Shown: positions 35,182 to 49,600 of the stretch, piece by piece
Layout of the letters: every line of letters starts with the position of its first letter
Position numbering within the stretch: the stretch's first letter is position 1
NCBI GenBank assembly: GCA_016748015.1
Contig: JAAOMT010000639.1
Span: forward strand, 1-64,000
DNA: 64,000 nt
Direction: 5' to 3'
DNA from: Geosiphon pyriformis uo1
Taxonomy: Eukaryota; Fungi; Glomeromycota
Position numbers and translations under genes: made by a program
Notes under the pieces: generated by a model
What the model saw: the letters and a program-made list of their open reading frames with translations, nothing else
Database searches by the model: none
What the model was told of the DNA's origin: nothing

Positions 35182-37033
35182 TTATTGGGAAAAGAAAGGT
35201 ACTTGAGAACCCAACCCAGCACACAACTGATCTAACTTTACCAACATTAAACCAACAGAAACATCAAAAGCCACCAACTTAGATTCTAAAAAGCTCACTT
35301 TAGTAGTCAGCACTTTTGAACTACTTGGACCCAGAACTGAAACATTAGAGGTGATGGAAAAAAGAAGCAAAAACACCAGCTTAGGACTATTCAAAATTAT
35401 TGTTAAACTCAAATCCAAATTGGCAGCCATTGGAATAACCAAAACTGGAGAGGAATAAAAAGAAGCCTAAAGCATTAATTCTAAATTGCTGAGCTTGTGC
35501 ACAATACCAGAAACCTGATCTGTTAAAAGTTCCAAAAAACATTTTAAGAAGGCCAAATAAGCATTTAGGAAAAAGTAATTAGCAAAAATAGGAAGAAAAG
35601 TACCACCTGAGCTTGAAACACCGGAAGGAGAGGAACCAAGACCAGAACCAAAGTGAGAACCACCAAACAAATCAGCAAGTAAGACCATTTGGGCCCAAGA
35701 TTTGCCACCAAAAGCAGCAGGATAAGAGATTGGAACACTTTTTTTCTCATACAACTTGGCAAGCTAAAAGCAAACTTTCTCAGAATTAACTCTTTTAAAG
35801 GATTTCTTTAATAATAGCAGTATAGATACATTTGATGCATTACATTTGAGAGCTGAATGTTCAAAATGCTTACACTTTTTACAACAAACCAAATTCATCT
35901 TAGTCCAAAAAAGCTGTACTCTATTAAAGATTGGCTCTATGTGAAAGACAGATTCCAAATCCTCATTAGAGTCAAAACCAACCACAATATAGCAAACTTT
36001 ATTACCAGTTATTATAGATCTATTAATGATGCAAATTTTCTTACCAGCCCCTTCTAAAAGAGTCTCAAGATTATATACAGTTGTTCTCACTGACAAGATA
36101 AACAAAAATGCTTTGAACTGATCTTTAGACACCCAAATCTTACAATCTTCAACAGCTTTGGCTACATGCACAGAATTTTTTCTAATCAGTAATAACCATC
36201 TTGAAACCAATTGATCAGCTTGATTTAATTTGGCAAACTTCACTACATCTTTCTGCCACATCCCAATCAATTGAATTTTAATTGACTTAATCTCTTCAAA
36301 TTTAGATACTGCAGCAATGATTATATCCTTAGGGGTGTCTATGAGAATTTTTTTAATTACTATAGCCCAATCTGACTTCATTTCTTGTCTTTTAAGATTG
36401 CTGTTTATGTTAATCCTTTTTTCTCTGATCAATGAAGCAGCTATTTCTATGCTTTTTTTAAAGTAAAGATAGATCAAATAATCTTTTCAAATTTTGAGGA
36501 GGTGGTGGCCTCTCCAAAACTATTGACTGATGAAAAAATTTTTCTAATAAACTGAGTCTTTACTATCACTGATTTTTTTTCCACAGTTGAGAAATTAATA
36601 TCTAAAGCAAAGAATTTTCTAATAAGCACTTCAACCTGAATTTTCACTACTTTGGGATTAACTCATCTTTTGTCAAGAAAAATATTAAGAGAAGAAAGGA
36701 GATAAACAATATTTTTATTCATTTCAAAGTCAATAATACCAATAAGAGAACTACCAATTAAATCATTACTGACTTTCTTAGCTTTGAGAATTGTTACAGC
36801 TAAACTGAAAAAAAAACTACTATCTAAATCTATTACAGCACTACCAAGCTCATTGTCACTACACTTACTGTTTATATCCGAATACATGCCATCATTGACA
36901 CCAGATTTGGTCAGAAAAACATCTTTTTTATCACCAGAGTATTTAATATTGTCAACAAAAACCTTTTTTTTTAAGAGAAAGTACCATTAACAGGACTATG
37001 AAGAGTAATTTTTGAAGTCTTTTTCTTAGACAT
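35182..37033 (-). pseudogene. LINE-B ORF1
   Basis: IVIKKILIDTPKDIIIAAVSKFEEIKSIKIQLIGMWQK; CKKCKHFEHSALKC knuckle; ends FSQ* like LINE-A ORF1 (SSQ*). Confidence 0.8.
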
Positions 37034-40000
37034 ACTGCTATCCAAAGCAGTTTTTAGGTTTACCACAAAAAGATTATTGGCTTGAAAAATGTTGAAAGTA
37101 ATAAAACAAGTGAGATAAAAAACAAAAACTTTTTTTTTAAAAAATTGCTCTTTGGGGAATTTGAACAAAGGAGAAAAAAAAGTTTTTTTTTATTAATTTA
37201 TGATTTTAGATTAAAGTAAGATGTTTTTTTTATAATAAATTTTTTAATCTACTTTTATATAAAATAAAAAAACAAAATTTATTATTATTATTATGTAATT
37301 TTTAAATAGATTATTAACACAATAAAATAAAATTTAAAAATAATATGATTTTTTACTTAATAATTAAAATATTTATAAATAATATTACTTAAATTTAAAA
37401 CAATTATGTTTTAATACAAAATATTTTAAATGTAATTAATAGTTTTTTTATTATTAAAGATTTAATAAGCATAGCTCAACTATTATTTAAAAATTAAAAA
37501 CAAACTAAAAACTTTAAAGCTAAATATAATTCATGTACTTTTTATATATAACCAATTACTTGAGCCAGTTTAAACTATGCTATATTAATATAACAAAAGA
37601 AAACTTATTCAAAGCCAATATCTTTTGAATTAAATCAAACAATTTAATATTACAAAAAATTAATCCAACTAGTTATTTGGCTGTTTTTAAGAGATTAGTT
37701 TTAATACTATTAGACTCATGTATCCAAAAAAACATCAAATTAAAAAATGTATAATTATCAATACCAATTGGAAAATTCAAATTACCAAACATGTTGATAT
37801 TATCTATACAGCACTTTTTTTTTAGTAAAACCACTTTTTTCTCTAACTTACTAATAACTCTGCTAAATTTATTGACTTTGTGACTAAAAATACTGTTTAA
37901 AACCAAATTATCCTTAATAAATTGTTTAAATATAGCAATTAAAAAACCAACAGACTTAACAATTGACTCAATTAATGCAAAATGTTTGGACAAATCAGAT
38001 TTCAAAGAAATCAACTAAAAAAACATTAAAGAATTATTAATAATTACAGAAAAGAGAACAGAAATCATTAAAAATAGAAACTTAAGAAAGCTCAAAAAAG
38101 CAGAAGCTTTGGCATAAGACTTAACACTTATAAAACATAATATGAATATTTTAAAAATCTTAAACTTCTTAAGAGAAAAAAATAAAAACATCTTATAATT
38201 TACAGTTAGATAGTTTATTTTTTAATATTAAAACAGTACAGACAACTAAAAATTTCTTACTAGATATAGCATTTTTTTAATGTATTAGTTTTAACTACTA
38301 TAGTATTACTCATAGAAATTAGAAATATTATAGTTAAAAGAATAGTCAATCAAAAATAGACATAATAATAAAAGAATTTCAGAATTCTTCTAAAGGAATT
38401 ACAGGATTTCAGAATTCCAGAATCTTAAAATTCTTCATAAAAAATTCCAGAATTCTTCTAAAAGAATTATAGGATTTCAGAAATCCCATATAATACTAAT
38501 TATATATATATAGCAGTAGCATTAAAAGTGAGAAAAAACAGAATTCAGTTTAGTTTTAGTTAGTATTCTTTTTTTTATTCATTAATTAAACCTTTATTTT
38601 ACAGATAGTTAATATCAACTGAAGTAAATTCACCAAAATATTCAATAAACATACTTATTATCATCCAATCTATGTTATTGTTGTTTGATTAAAAATCTCC
38701 ATTACTTATCTGTTATTAATACTCCATGTTGATAACATTTAATACTTAACTATACTAGAACAATAGCTCTTGATCATGACTATTAACAGAATACTAATTT
38801 CATATTATTATTTTTTTATTTTTTTTATTTTTTTTATTTTGTTGTGTTTACTAATTAATTAAAGAATTAAATATATAAAATTATTAACATCAAAAAAACT
38901 GGTAAAAGACCCAGGAATAAGAATAAACACTCAGAATTTGAGGATAGCTTACCAGAAAACTGGTCATTAAGCTAAGTAAAAATTGACAAAAAAACTTTCT
39001 GGAAGACTACAGACACCAAAACATACCAACTCAAAAGTTGAGAAAGAAACTAGAAATATTATCAAAAAATATCACTATTGAATCTCTGTTTATTATACAA
39101 AAGACTTAATCAACATCTTCAGATTACTAACACCTTTAAATATTACCAACACTATCAAGCTATTAAGCACCAAATTACAGATTTGTTATTTATTTCAACT
39201 ATTCAAATAATTATTTGTAACATTTAGTGCTTTCTATAAAGTATAATCTAACAAAAAACTAGCATTAACAGCAATTATCAAAAACAGTAACAGAATCAGA
39301 AAAAACAGAAACAAACTATTTGGGATTCATAAAGACTTTATTCCAACACTATTAAACTCATTAAAAATTAACAAGTAACTATTGGCCAGCAGAATCCACT
39401 TTTAACTTTTATGTCAACAAAAAGATTTAGTTTCATTTAAGAGACCAAAGAAATTCGGAAACAGTACTTAACAATATCTATAGTAAATTATTCTAAAATA
39501 CCATACTTCCACAAAATTATTTGTTTACTTCAATAATCACAGAAATCAATAGGAAAATTGAGAAACACACAAACAGCAATTTCTTATTACCTTCACAAAC
39601 AATGAAAAAAAAATTACAAACACCAGCAGAAATACCAAAAAGAATACAACTACTTACTTAGAAAAAACCAAGAATTATTTTATCCATTCATCTGTTATAT
39701 TATTATATTTTAAGAAGTACTATCAACATAATATCAGCAGATATGTTCACATTAACTACGAAATTACCATTAACTAGAATCCCATTTTAAAGTAAACAGG
39801 AAAAACTAAACTATTGGAAATCTACAATGAATATTTTAAGAGATTTAATTTGTAACCAATTATGTCATCAGAATATTGATTACCACTATCAGTTTTTAGA
39901 AAATAACCAATTTGGAAGAAAAAAAAAATAAAGATCAAAAATTTAATTATCAAAACTCAATCCTAGAAAACCCAAAACTCTAAACTCTAATTATTCAGGC

Positions 40001-43000
40001 TCAGCAAAACTCGAATAATTCAAATTCTGCTCTTATTGTTTTTCAAAACTTATCTTCAGTAATTATAATCAACCCACCACCAGTTGTACCAATTGCCAAA
40101 CTGCAACAACAGTTACAACCACCATTCTAACAACAATTTCAACAACAATCTTAACCACAACTTTAACAACAACAATTCCAACCACAACTATTATTTGTAC
40201 CAATGGTCTATATATTAATTGTCAAGTTAGAAAAGTTTATTAGTAAAGAAAACAATGTCCAAGTATGACTTAACAATGTTGTCAAAGCAATTACTATTAA
40301 TAATTGGAATAATGTTAAAGCTCTACAAGTCATTTTATACTTTTTGCAAGATATTGCCAATTTATGGTATTAGAGTTTGATCAACAAACTTATTATCTTT
40401 GACATGTTTAAAACCAAAATTTTGAGATATTTTAGCAATAACAACAGTATTAATTATTTGACAACAGCATTTACTACCATTAAACAAAGTGACACAAAAA
40501 CAGTTACCATTTACTTAAGACATTTTCACAGAAATCTGTGCCAAATTCAAGTCATTAATACTGATTATTTTACAATATCACAAATCCTGAATCAGTTTAT
40601 CCATAGCCTATACAGTAGTTTTTTACAACATATATGCTCATTATATTCACAAACACTTTAAGATATAGTCATACATACCAGAAATTTCAAATTGGCTAAA
40701 TTAAAAACCAATTACATCCAAGCCATAAATCTAGTAATAAATAAATCATCTGACTTGGATTTTAAACTGAAGCAATTCAGTAATTTAATCAATCAGAAAT
40801 TGGAAAGATATTTAACTAATAATTAAGCAATTTATCAATTTCTATAATATTGTGAAAATCCAGGAAATTCCAACCATATTTAATAATAATCACATCTATT
40901 ATCATTATTAAATTAGCAATAACAACTAAAAATACATAATTGTTACTACTGTGATAAGCAAAACCACTTAAAAATAGACTATTATTTCAAAGAAAATAAT
41001 TAATGATCAGGAAATCAATATTGAAATCCTGATCACAGATTTTAAATCCTAAACTATACCAGTAATCAATTACCCAAACAATACCAATATCAGCCATATT
41101 ATTTTTAAATCACACAGCCAATTTATCAGCCACCAATCTATCAGACACCAACATTTGTAATTTATCAACCACCCCAGCCCAAATTATTTATCAGTTCCAA
41201 CCAAATTAGAATCAACTTCAGAACTTATTTCAAAATAGAAATCAAAGACTGAGAACTACCCAGATTTGCCAGAGTTGGTAATCAGCAATAGTAATGTATC
41301 AACCAATCTCTAGTTTAACAGCTTAGCAATCTAAATTATGACAACTTAATCCAGAAACTAACTATATCCAAAACCTAAATGCCCAACACTATTTAAGTCT
41401 CTTAATATTTTTAAAAATTGCCACATCCAATCCATTGAAAACCAACCAAAAACAACTTATACCAACTAGCAACATTCTATCAACTACTATTATAGAAAAC
41501 AAATTACTTGCCACAATATTTTTTTTTGAAATTGAAGAATTAGTTCTCACACTATTATTTAGTAGAACTATTCTTGAATCAAAACTCATTATTGTCATGT
41601 ATACAGATATCAAAGTCAATAACCACCTAATCAAATTAATTTTGGATAGTAGTTTAGCAGACAGTATTATTATATAACAACTCATAGACCAATTAGGCTG
41701 CCAAGTTAATTGTGTTGTTAGCACCAGAATTATTATAGCTGATGGAACTACCAAAACACCTATTGGAGAGATTAACAACTTCTCTTTTGAAGTCAATAGC
41801 ATTATTGTATTTATTAAAGTATTGGTAATAGAAACCACCTAATACCAAGCTCTTATTAGTAATAACTGGCTGTCCAGAACTAATGTCATACTCAATTGAA
41901 ACACCCAAAAGCTACAACTTAGCCAAAACAGTCAATGTACTAGGGTACTAGTCATGTACAGCCACTTTAAACCAAGCAACACCATTTAAAATCCATTGAT
42001 TGAATTCGAGAAAAAAAGAAAAAACCCACTTAAGAAGTCTACCAAGTGTTATGAACCAAAAAAAGTTACAACAATTTATTGCCAATACTTACCTGAAAAA
42101 AAAAGAACAAGAAAAAAAAAATCTTAAGCAACCATCTTTGCATATATACCATATATTATCACCACTTAAAGCCAGCCAAATTATTATCAACCCAAATTAG
42201 TTTGCATTGATTGTGACAAGAAATTGTCAACAATGAGTGTATGTTGTAATGATAATAAAAAATGGCTAATAATAATAAGATACTACTGTTATTCATGCAT
42301 TCTAAAATATTTTGAATGACCAATAGGACAATGAACCATGCCTTGCTTGTGAGGAAACTCTTTTAAACAAAAAAATATGAAATAACATTTCTCAACAAGA
42401 AAAAACATGTAACAAATCATGCCAATACATAATTCTTATAAGCAATTGGATAAGAAAAAAAATGCCAATAAATGCTGTTTGAAGAAAAACTGTAAAATGC
42501 TTGAACAGTTGTTTACACAATAATAACAAAATCTGGAGAATGGCAATTGCCAAAATCAAAGGCACATCTTCAAAAAAATAAAAACAATTAAAAATAACTC
42601 ACCAGAACTTAAAGAAATTATTTGGATCTCAAACTTTGATATTATTTTTAATGTTATGGATCCAAAACAATTCCACTAACATTATCAAAAATTAGCACTC
42701 ACTAAAAAGAAGCAAAAACAACAGTTAGAAGAGTTAAATATCTAACTATGTGACTATTGTTTAATACCATGTGACTTCAAGTATTGTAATGAATATAATT
42801 TTATTTACAATCTATTACCACAAATAATTTATTTGATTTCCAAGAAAGAAGAACCAATTAGCAAATGTACAGCAGAATTGAAATCAAAATTTAATCTCAA
42901 TTCAGATTCTAACAATGATAACAACAATGATTTCAATTTTGTTTACTATAGCAATAACAATAATAATTCAAACTTCAATTTAAAACCCAAGCAATATATC

Positions 43001-46000
43001 ATGTTTTCAAATCTATTTATATGGCAGAAACTAAAATGATTCAGTAATAATAATAAAAATATTATGTTAGAATGCATGCATATTATTAATGCAAAATTTG
43101 ATCTGAGATATTCAAAAAAATATGTTATAACATTGAAGCCCAATATGTATACATGTATTGACTTAAAAATAGCATTGAAAATCTTAGCAACAACAATGGT
43201 TTAATTAACATTCAGATTTAGTTTAACAAAAAAAGAAATCAGCATTAGAGGAGAAATAATTAATACAGGATATATAAGAAATATTATTGCAATACTACAA
43301 AATAAATCAAAAAATTCATATATAATTGAACCAAATAAAAACATAATACAGACAATATTCTTATCTCTAGTAAAAATAGCTTAGTTAGTTTCAGTAGAAA
43401 AAAAAAAAGTTAGGAATTACAAGAAGAGGAAAAAATGGATTTAGATCTATAAATAGAATAAACATACTAGTCAATATGGCAAAAAAAAAACAATTGATAA
43501 GAGAGAAATTATTTTCATTAATCAATCAGTTTTCATTCCATTATATGACTAGTATATATTAATAATAAAGATAAAAGTAAGAAACCAGTTCCAGATTTTT
43601 GATGCAGAATCAATTATTTGTGAATCAGAAAAAATTAGAATCACCAATTTCTACATACTGGCCAAGAACTGTAAGCACATCAAAATTTCCATCTATAATA
43701 CAACTGAAGACACCATTGAAATACTAAGTGGAACCATCATCAAATACTTAAGCACTGAAGTTAAAAACCAATTACCAAACACCATTCCAGATTTTTTACA
43801 GCTTTGTAAATATGTAGATATCATATTCCAAACAATATATAAACAAAAAAAATGTTATTTGCTCCAACCAGAACAATTAGACCAAATAAACTTGGAAAAC
43901 TTAGACCCACTTCAATGTATGCAGCTCAAAATACTACTCAACAATTTTACCAACATTTTTGCCAGTAAAAATAAATTTGGTAGAACTGATATCATTCAGC
44001 ATTAAATTAAAACTAGAGATGCTATGCCAATTAAACAATAAACATATCAAGTACCACCAACAAGTCATAAAATTATCTGATAAGAAATTAACAAAATATT
44101 AAACAATGAATTAATCAATCATTAATGAGTCTATGATTATTATCAGTAGAAAAAAATGGAAAAATCTACTTTTGCATGAATTACAAAAAACTCAACAGTG
44201 TTACTTATAGAGATAACTATTTAACTCTATGAATTCAAAAATTATTCAATGTATTTGAAAAAAAAAAATGGTTTTCAATATTAGATCTAGACAGTAGTTA
44301 TTAGTAAGTAGCCATAAACTCAGCCAACAAAGAGAAAACAGTGTTTACAACCAGGAAAGAGAACTTTAAATTTAACATTATGCCATTTGACTTAATGAAT
44401 ACTCCAGCCACTTTCCAATGACTAATGAAAATTGTCTATACTAGATTATTATGAAAGTTAGTAATAGTCTATTTAAATGATATCAATGTGTTTTTCAAAA
44501 CATTTGATAACTATCTTCATTATTTGCAACAAGTATTTGAGAGACTAAGAAAAGCTGGATTGAAATTGAATGCAACCAAATGCTTTTTTGGCAAAACAGA
44601 ACTAAAATTCTTGGAACATATTATAAGCAAAAATAACATTAAGATGGATCCAGACAAGATTGAAATAGTCAAAAATTTTTCAATACCAACCAACTTGACA
44701 AAACTAAGAGCATTTTTGGAATTTGGTTGGATATTACTATTATTTTATCCAGAACTTTTCCAAATTAGTCCAACTACTTCATTAGTTTTAATCCAAGAAT
44801 GTTAAATATAAATAGACAAAAACTCAACAAAAAACTTTCAACATCTTGAGAAAAAACTTATTCAAGTCTTAGTACTAATCTATTCAGATCACAGCAAGCT
44901 ATTTATCAATATTACTGACATATCAGGTCAAACATTAAGAGCTGTATTGTTTTAAAAAAAGCCAGATGGAAGAAAACACTCAGTAGCATATAACAGCTGA
45001 AGCTTGAGCCCAACTGAAAAAAACTATAGAACTTCAATATTAGAACATTTGGCTATCTATTGGACTGTTATTGAATAGAAGAAATATTTAAGTCAAAAAT
45101 TTGATGTATACACTAATCACAAAAAATTAACATCAATTCAGAAACAAAAATTTGCAGACAACTGTTATACAAGATAGAAAATAGAACTATTACTATTTAA
45201 TTATACAGTACATTATAAAAAGAGGAAAAAAAATGAAAATACTAATAATTTGTTATAAATAAAACAAATTTAAGAACATTTTAACCCAAAAATATAACAA
45301 AAAATAAACACACAAAAATATTAACAACTCCAACATTATATTAATACTTAACTGTTCAAATAGAAATTATCTCAAAAGGAACAAAACAACATAACAATCA
45401 AAATATTTTATTATCTATCAAGATATATTATACCAGAAAAACAGAAAATATTCAGATCAGCCATTTAGAGTCATCACAGAATCAGAGAAAAAAACAATAC
45501 TATTCAACATGCACTCAGATCAAACAACAAAATATTTTTATAAAAAAGCAACCATAGAAAGAATTAGAAAAAAATATTATTGGCCATCTATGTATTCAAA
45601 TATTATCCAATATGTTTAAAATTGTGATGTTTGTCAGAGAAGAAAAGAAACAAAATCCAGTAAACCACTGTTACCAGTAGAATTTAGCTATTAATTAGCA
45701 TGAAATTACCCTCATAATTTTTATTATTAATTAGCATATATTATTATTATTTCAATTATCACTTATTATTTAATCAAATTATTAAATATCATTATTCAAT
45801 CAATAATCCGATTTGTACTCTAGAAATTAAGATGATCAGATTACACAATATTCTAAACCATTTAACATAGTCAAAATTCGTCGAAATTAATGAAAATTGG
45901 CCGAAATAATTAATAGTTCAGTGAAATAACTTGTAGTTCACCGAAATGTATCTTTAGTTTACCCAAATTGTAGCAAAGAAAAAAAGTGCAAGTTCAAAGA

Positions 46001-46640
46001 CTAGTACTACAACAAGTTGTATAAAAGAAAAGCTTCTCTCTTCAAGAAAATATATCTTCTCATAGTATCTTATTATAGTACTTTACTTTAGATATCTTAA
46101 TTAAAACAAATTACCTTTTACACATTCAAATAAAAATTAAATATTCGAAAACCAAATCCTTAAAATTATTACACTTGAAATTTTCTCAACACAACTAACG
46201 TTTTGAAATTGATTAGCTACCAATTTCAGTAATCTGTTAGTAACTCTAGACCCGAATAGAAAACATTTCTCTTGATAAAATCCCATTTCTTTTACATTTC
46301 TTTAATTTTTCTTTTTTTTTCTTATCATAATCATTAGGGTAGCCTACAGACAAGATTTCTGTAGAAGAGTTGACTTTTACAGCAAAATAACTACACATCT
46401 TTAGTAAGCTTCCAGATGAGCAATTCCTGGGAAAGAGTTGACATTTACTACAATGTAACTACATAAAATAACTGGCATAGAATTGGCCATTCTACTTATA
46501 AGCCCAGCAGTTCAAATTATAAGAGATAATTTGAAAATAAATTCAGTTATTGGAGGTCCAACTACTTTCTAAGAACATAAATTCACAGCAAATCAACATT
46601 AACAACACTCAAGAAAAGAGACCAAAAACCTCTGGTAACA

Positions 46641-46658
46641 TTTGGTGCTCTCTCACGG
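46641..46658 (+). promoter_or_regulatory. Primer-binding site of Gypsy-3
   Basis: tt TGGTGCTCTCTCACGG immediately after the 5' LTR. Confidence 0.8.
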
Positions 46659-46685
46659 AAATAACACAGCAATAACAACTTCAAA

Positions 46686-49600
46686 ATGGTGATTACATTA
46701 GATACAACAACTCTAGAGTATTATCAGTCAATTTACAGTCACTGTAAGCAAAGATTCAACATTTCAGATGGAATTGAAGTTGTCAAGAAATCAGTTTGAA
46801 AACTGCATCAACAATTATTTTTTTGGAAACTACAACATTTCAGAAGTTAAAAACAATCTCTACAATAATTTAATGCACTATTCACAATTAAAAACAGAAG
46901 ACCTAAACAGTGAAACACTTTTTCAAAAACTTAATTTTAACATTATTGAGTATTGTAAAGAAAAATACCCAGTACAGTCCAAATACTCTCTTAACTTTAA
47001 ATCAGAACCAGAAACAAGCAACAAAGACAAACAAAAAGTGAAACAACACTCAAGAACCACTCCAAACACTCCAATATTACCTAAGACAATTGCCAAACAC
47101 TTGCAAACATCTGAACAAGAAACCAGTGTCAAATTACCACTTTCTATTACACCATTTCTAATTTCACTTGCTCAACCACAAACACCAAATTTACCACTTA
47201 ACTGTTTCTCCAAACCAGAAGATTTTCAGTCACCTAGAAATTCTATTCAACAGCAGGAACCAATATCAACCAACACTACAAATTTCTAAAAACTGAATGA
47301 TATTAATATTATTGATTACTTACAAGAAAACAAAAGTAATTATTCAGAAAACTTGGAAAGTGAAAAAACTGAATCAAAACAAGAAGAAGAAATGGCAACT
47401 GTTTATATTGCAAAAATTTCAGAATTCACTGGCAAAGACAATAATACCACCCCTCAAAAATGGCTTGACAAAATTCAAAAAACAGGAGATGCAAATGGTT
47501 GGAATGCAGCTAGAATGCTCAAAGCAATCCCATACTTTTTCCAAAGAACTGCAGAAAAATGGTTTGAAAATTTGGAAGAACTATTTGAAAACTGGCAAGC
47601 ATTCAAAGATGCTTTTTTACAACAATTTATTAACAACAACACTTCTATTATTCTCTGCAATTGCTTTTACAATATCAAACAAGAAACATCTGAAACTTTT
47701 TCAACGAATTTGACAATTGGAAACCAATGACTACTATTCCAATGCTCAGATTCTGGATCAATTTATAGCAGGATTAAAAGACAAATTGATTAAAAAAGTC
47801 CATCCACATGTACCAGCAGACTTAGCAACTGCCATTAGACATGTTAAGAACTATGAAATGGCAATAAAAGAAGCAAACTACACCAATCTTGTAAACTTAG
47901 CTATTGAAAAAACCAGCTCAGCAGCTGAAGAGAAGATAGACCAACTCACAAAAAAAGTTGAAAACTACTTTACAAACCAACAACAACAGCAGCAACTACA
48001 AAGATATCAACTACCACAATAATACAACCAAAACAACTTTGGATTACCACCCAACAACCAACCTTAAAATTGTTATTATTGTGGAATCTCAGGACATTGG
48101 AAACAAGATTGTAGAAAATTACAAAAAAACCAACAAAACAGAAGTAATCAATGTTACCCTTCATCACAACAATCTTACTACCAATCTCTACCACCAACTT
48201 ATTATTCACCAAGACCACAAAATCAAAACAGTTACTATCAACCAGCTCTACAATCAATTTAGCAACAATATCAGCAATCTTTACCAATTCAGCAATATTA
48301 AACACCACCCACTCAACAATATCAAGTACCAGCCAGAAAATTGGTCCAACAAAACCAATTCACACCACAAAACCGTTTTTTAAAAGACAACAACAGATTT
48401 AACCACAATAATCAACTAGTTCCTCGGAATTCTGTTCAACAAAGACCCACTCAGTTTTATACTCAACCCAGTTATTTAACAATGCAAAAAGAATCAAATT
48501 TTTAACAAACTGCACTTTCTAAAGGTAAAGCTATAGCACCAAAATCAAATCCTTTTAACAATACCATTCTACCAGCTCAAATTGCCCAAAATGCCAACCT
48601 CTCAAATATATTTCCATTCAAATTTAAAGCAAATGAATCACTATTCTTGCTTAGTAATGCAGCAGCTAATAAACAAAAAGCTATTATTGCCATGTACACT
48701 AAAGCTACAGTAGAAGGAAAACCCATCCGATTAATTCTAGACAGTGGATCCACCAAAAGTATTATTATCTACCAATTAATACAACAGCTTTAAAGAACTG
48801 TTGACAGACCAGTCTAAACTGTAATTGTTACAGCTAATGGCATGAAAAAAACCCCAGTAGAAGAAATTAACAACTTCCTATTCACCATTAATAAAATTAT
48901 CATTCCAGTCAAAGTTCTAGTTATGGATGCACCCCAATACCAAGTTCTTGTCAGAAATGATTGGCTTCTCAAAGCCAATGCAAACTTAGACTGGGAAACT
49001 CAGGAACTCAAAATCTTATATTAAGGACAATACACTATAGTACTTGCAACTTGTGATACTTTTAACAAATGGTCAGAAAAAGTCCCAGTGTTCAAATTTG
49101 AGAAAGAGAAGAAAATGCCACTTACTGAAACCTACATGGCTCTTGGATTAACATCCAATTGGGCTGAAAAAACACAACAAGAGATTTTTGAAGAATTAAG
49201 AAGATAGAAGAAAGTTAGATATTTTACACCAGAACCATAAAAAGAAGCACTATACATTCCACTAAAATGCAAAGATTGCAAAAAAAAGCTTTTATCTATG
49301 AGAGCCTGTATTTCTCCAGAAGAGAAATATGAAACTCACACCTGCTATTTCTGCAAAGCATGCCATAGAAAACGATTTGAATTCCCAAAAAGAAGTAAAA
49401 AATAGGACAACACACCTTGTCTTACATGTGGAGATATGCTATCAGAAGAATACAACTGGATTGATGTTGCAATGAGGGGAGGAGTATGTAATCAAACCTG
49501 TCAATATGTTCTATCAATTTCGAAAAAAGTTAGAAGAGAAACACCATTTGATGCAGCATACAACAGTGCTCTTAACAAACTGTATTACTATCCTTATGAT

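Larger units (their letters stand above)
21064..35185 (-). pseudogene. LINE-B ORF2 (APE-RT-RNase H-CCHC), fragmented
   Basis: ORFs 25021, 23750, 23174, 22535, 22147, 21829, 21388, 21064 align in order with LINE-A ORF2. Confidence 0.85.
20929..37185 (-). mobile_element. LINE-B: decayed full-length RNase H-bearing LINE related to LINE-A, tail-to-tail with it, interrupted by Gypsy 25410-34829
   Basis: Minus-strand fragments: NTDHKVV (APE), AGAFVDDII (RT), IYIDGSL..TELQAI (RNase H), CLHCGEIKFSNYVFTC; poly(A) near 20930; LGLYAG|VST continuous across the Gypsy insertion. Ends approximate. Confidence 0.9.
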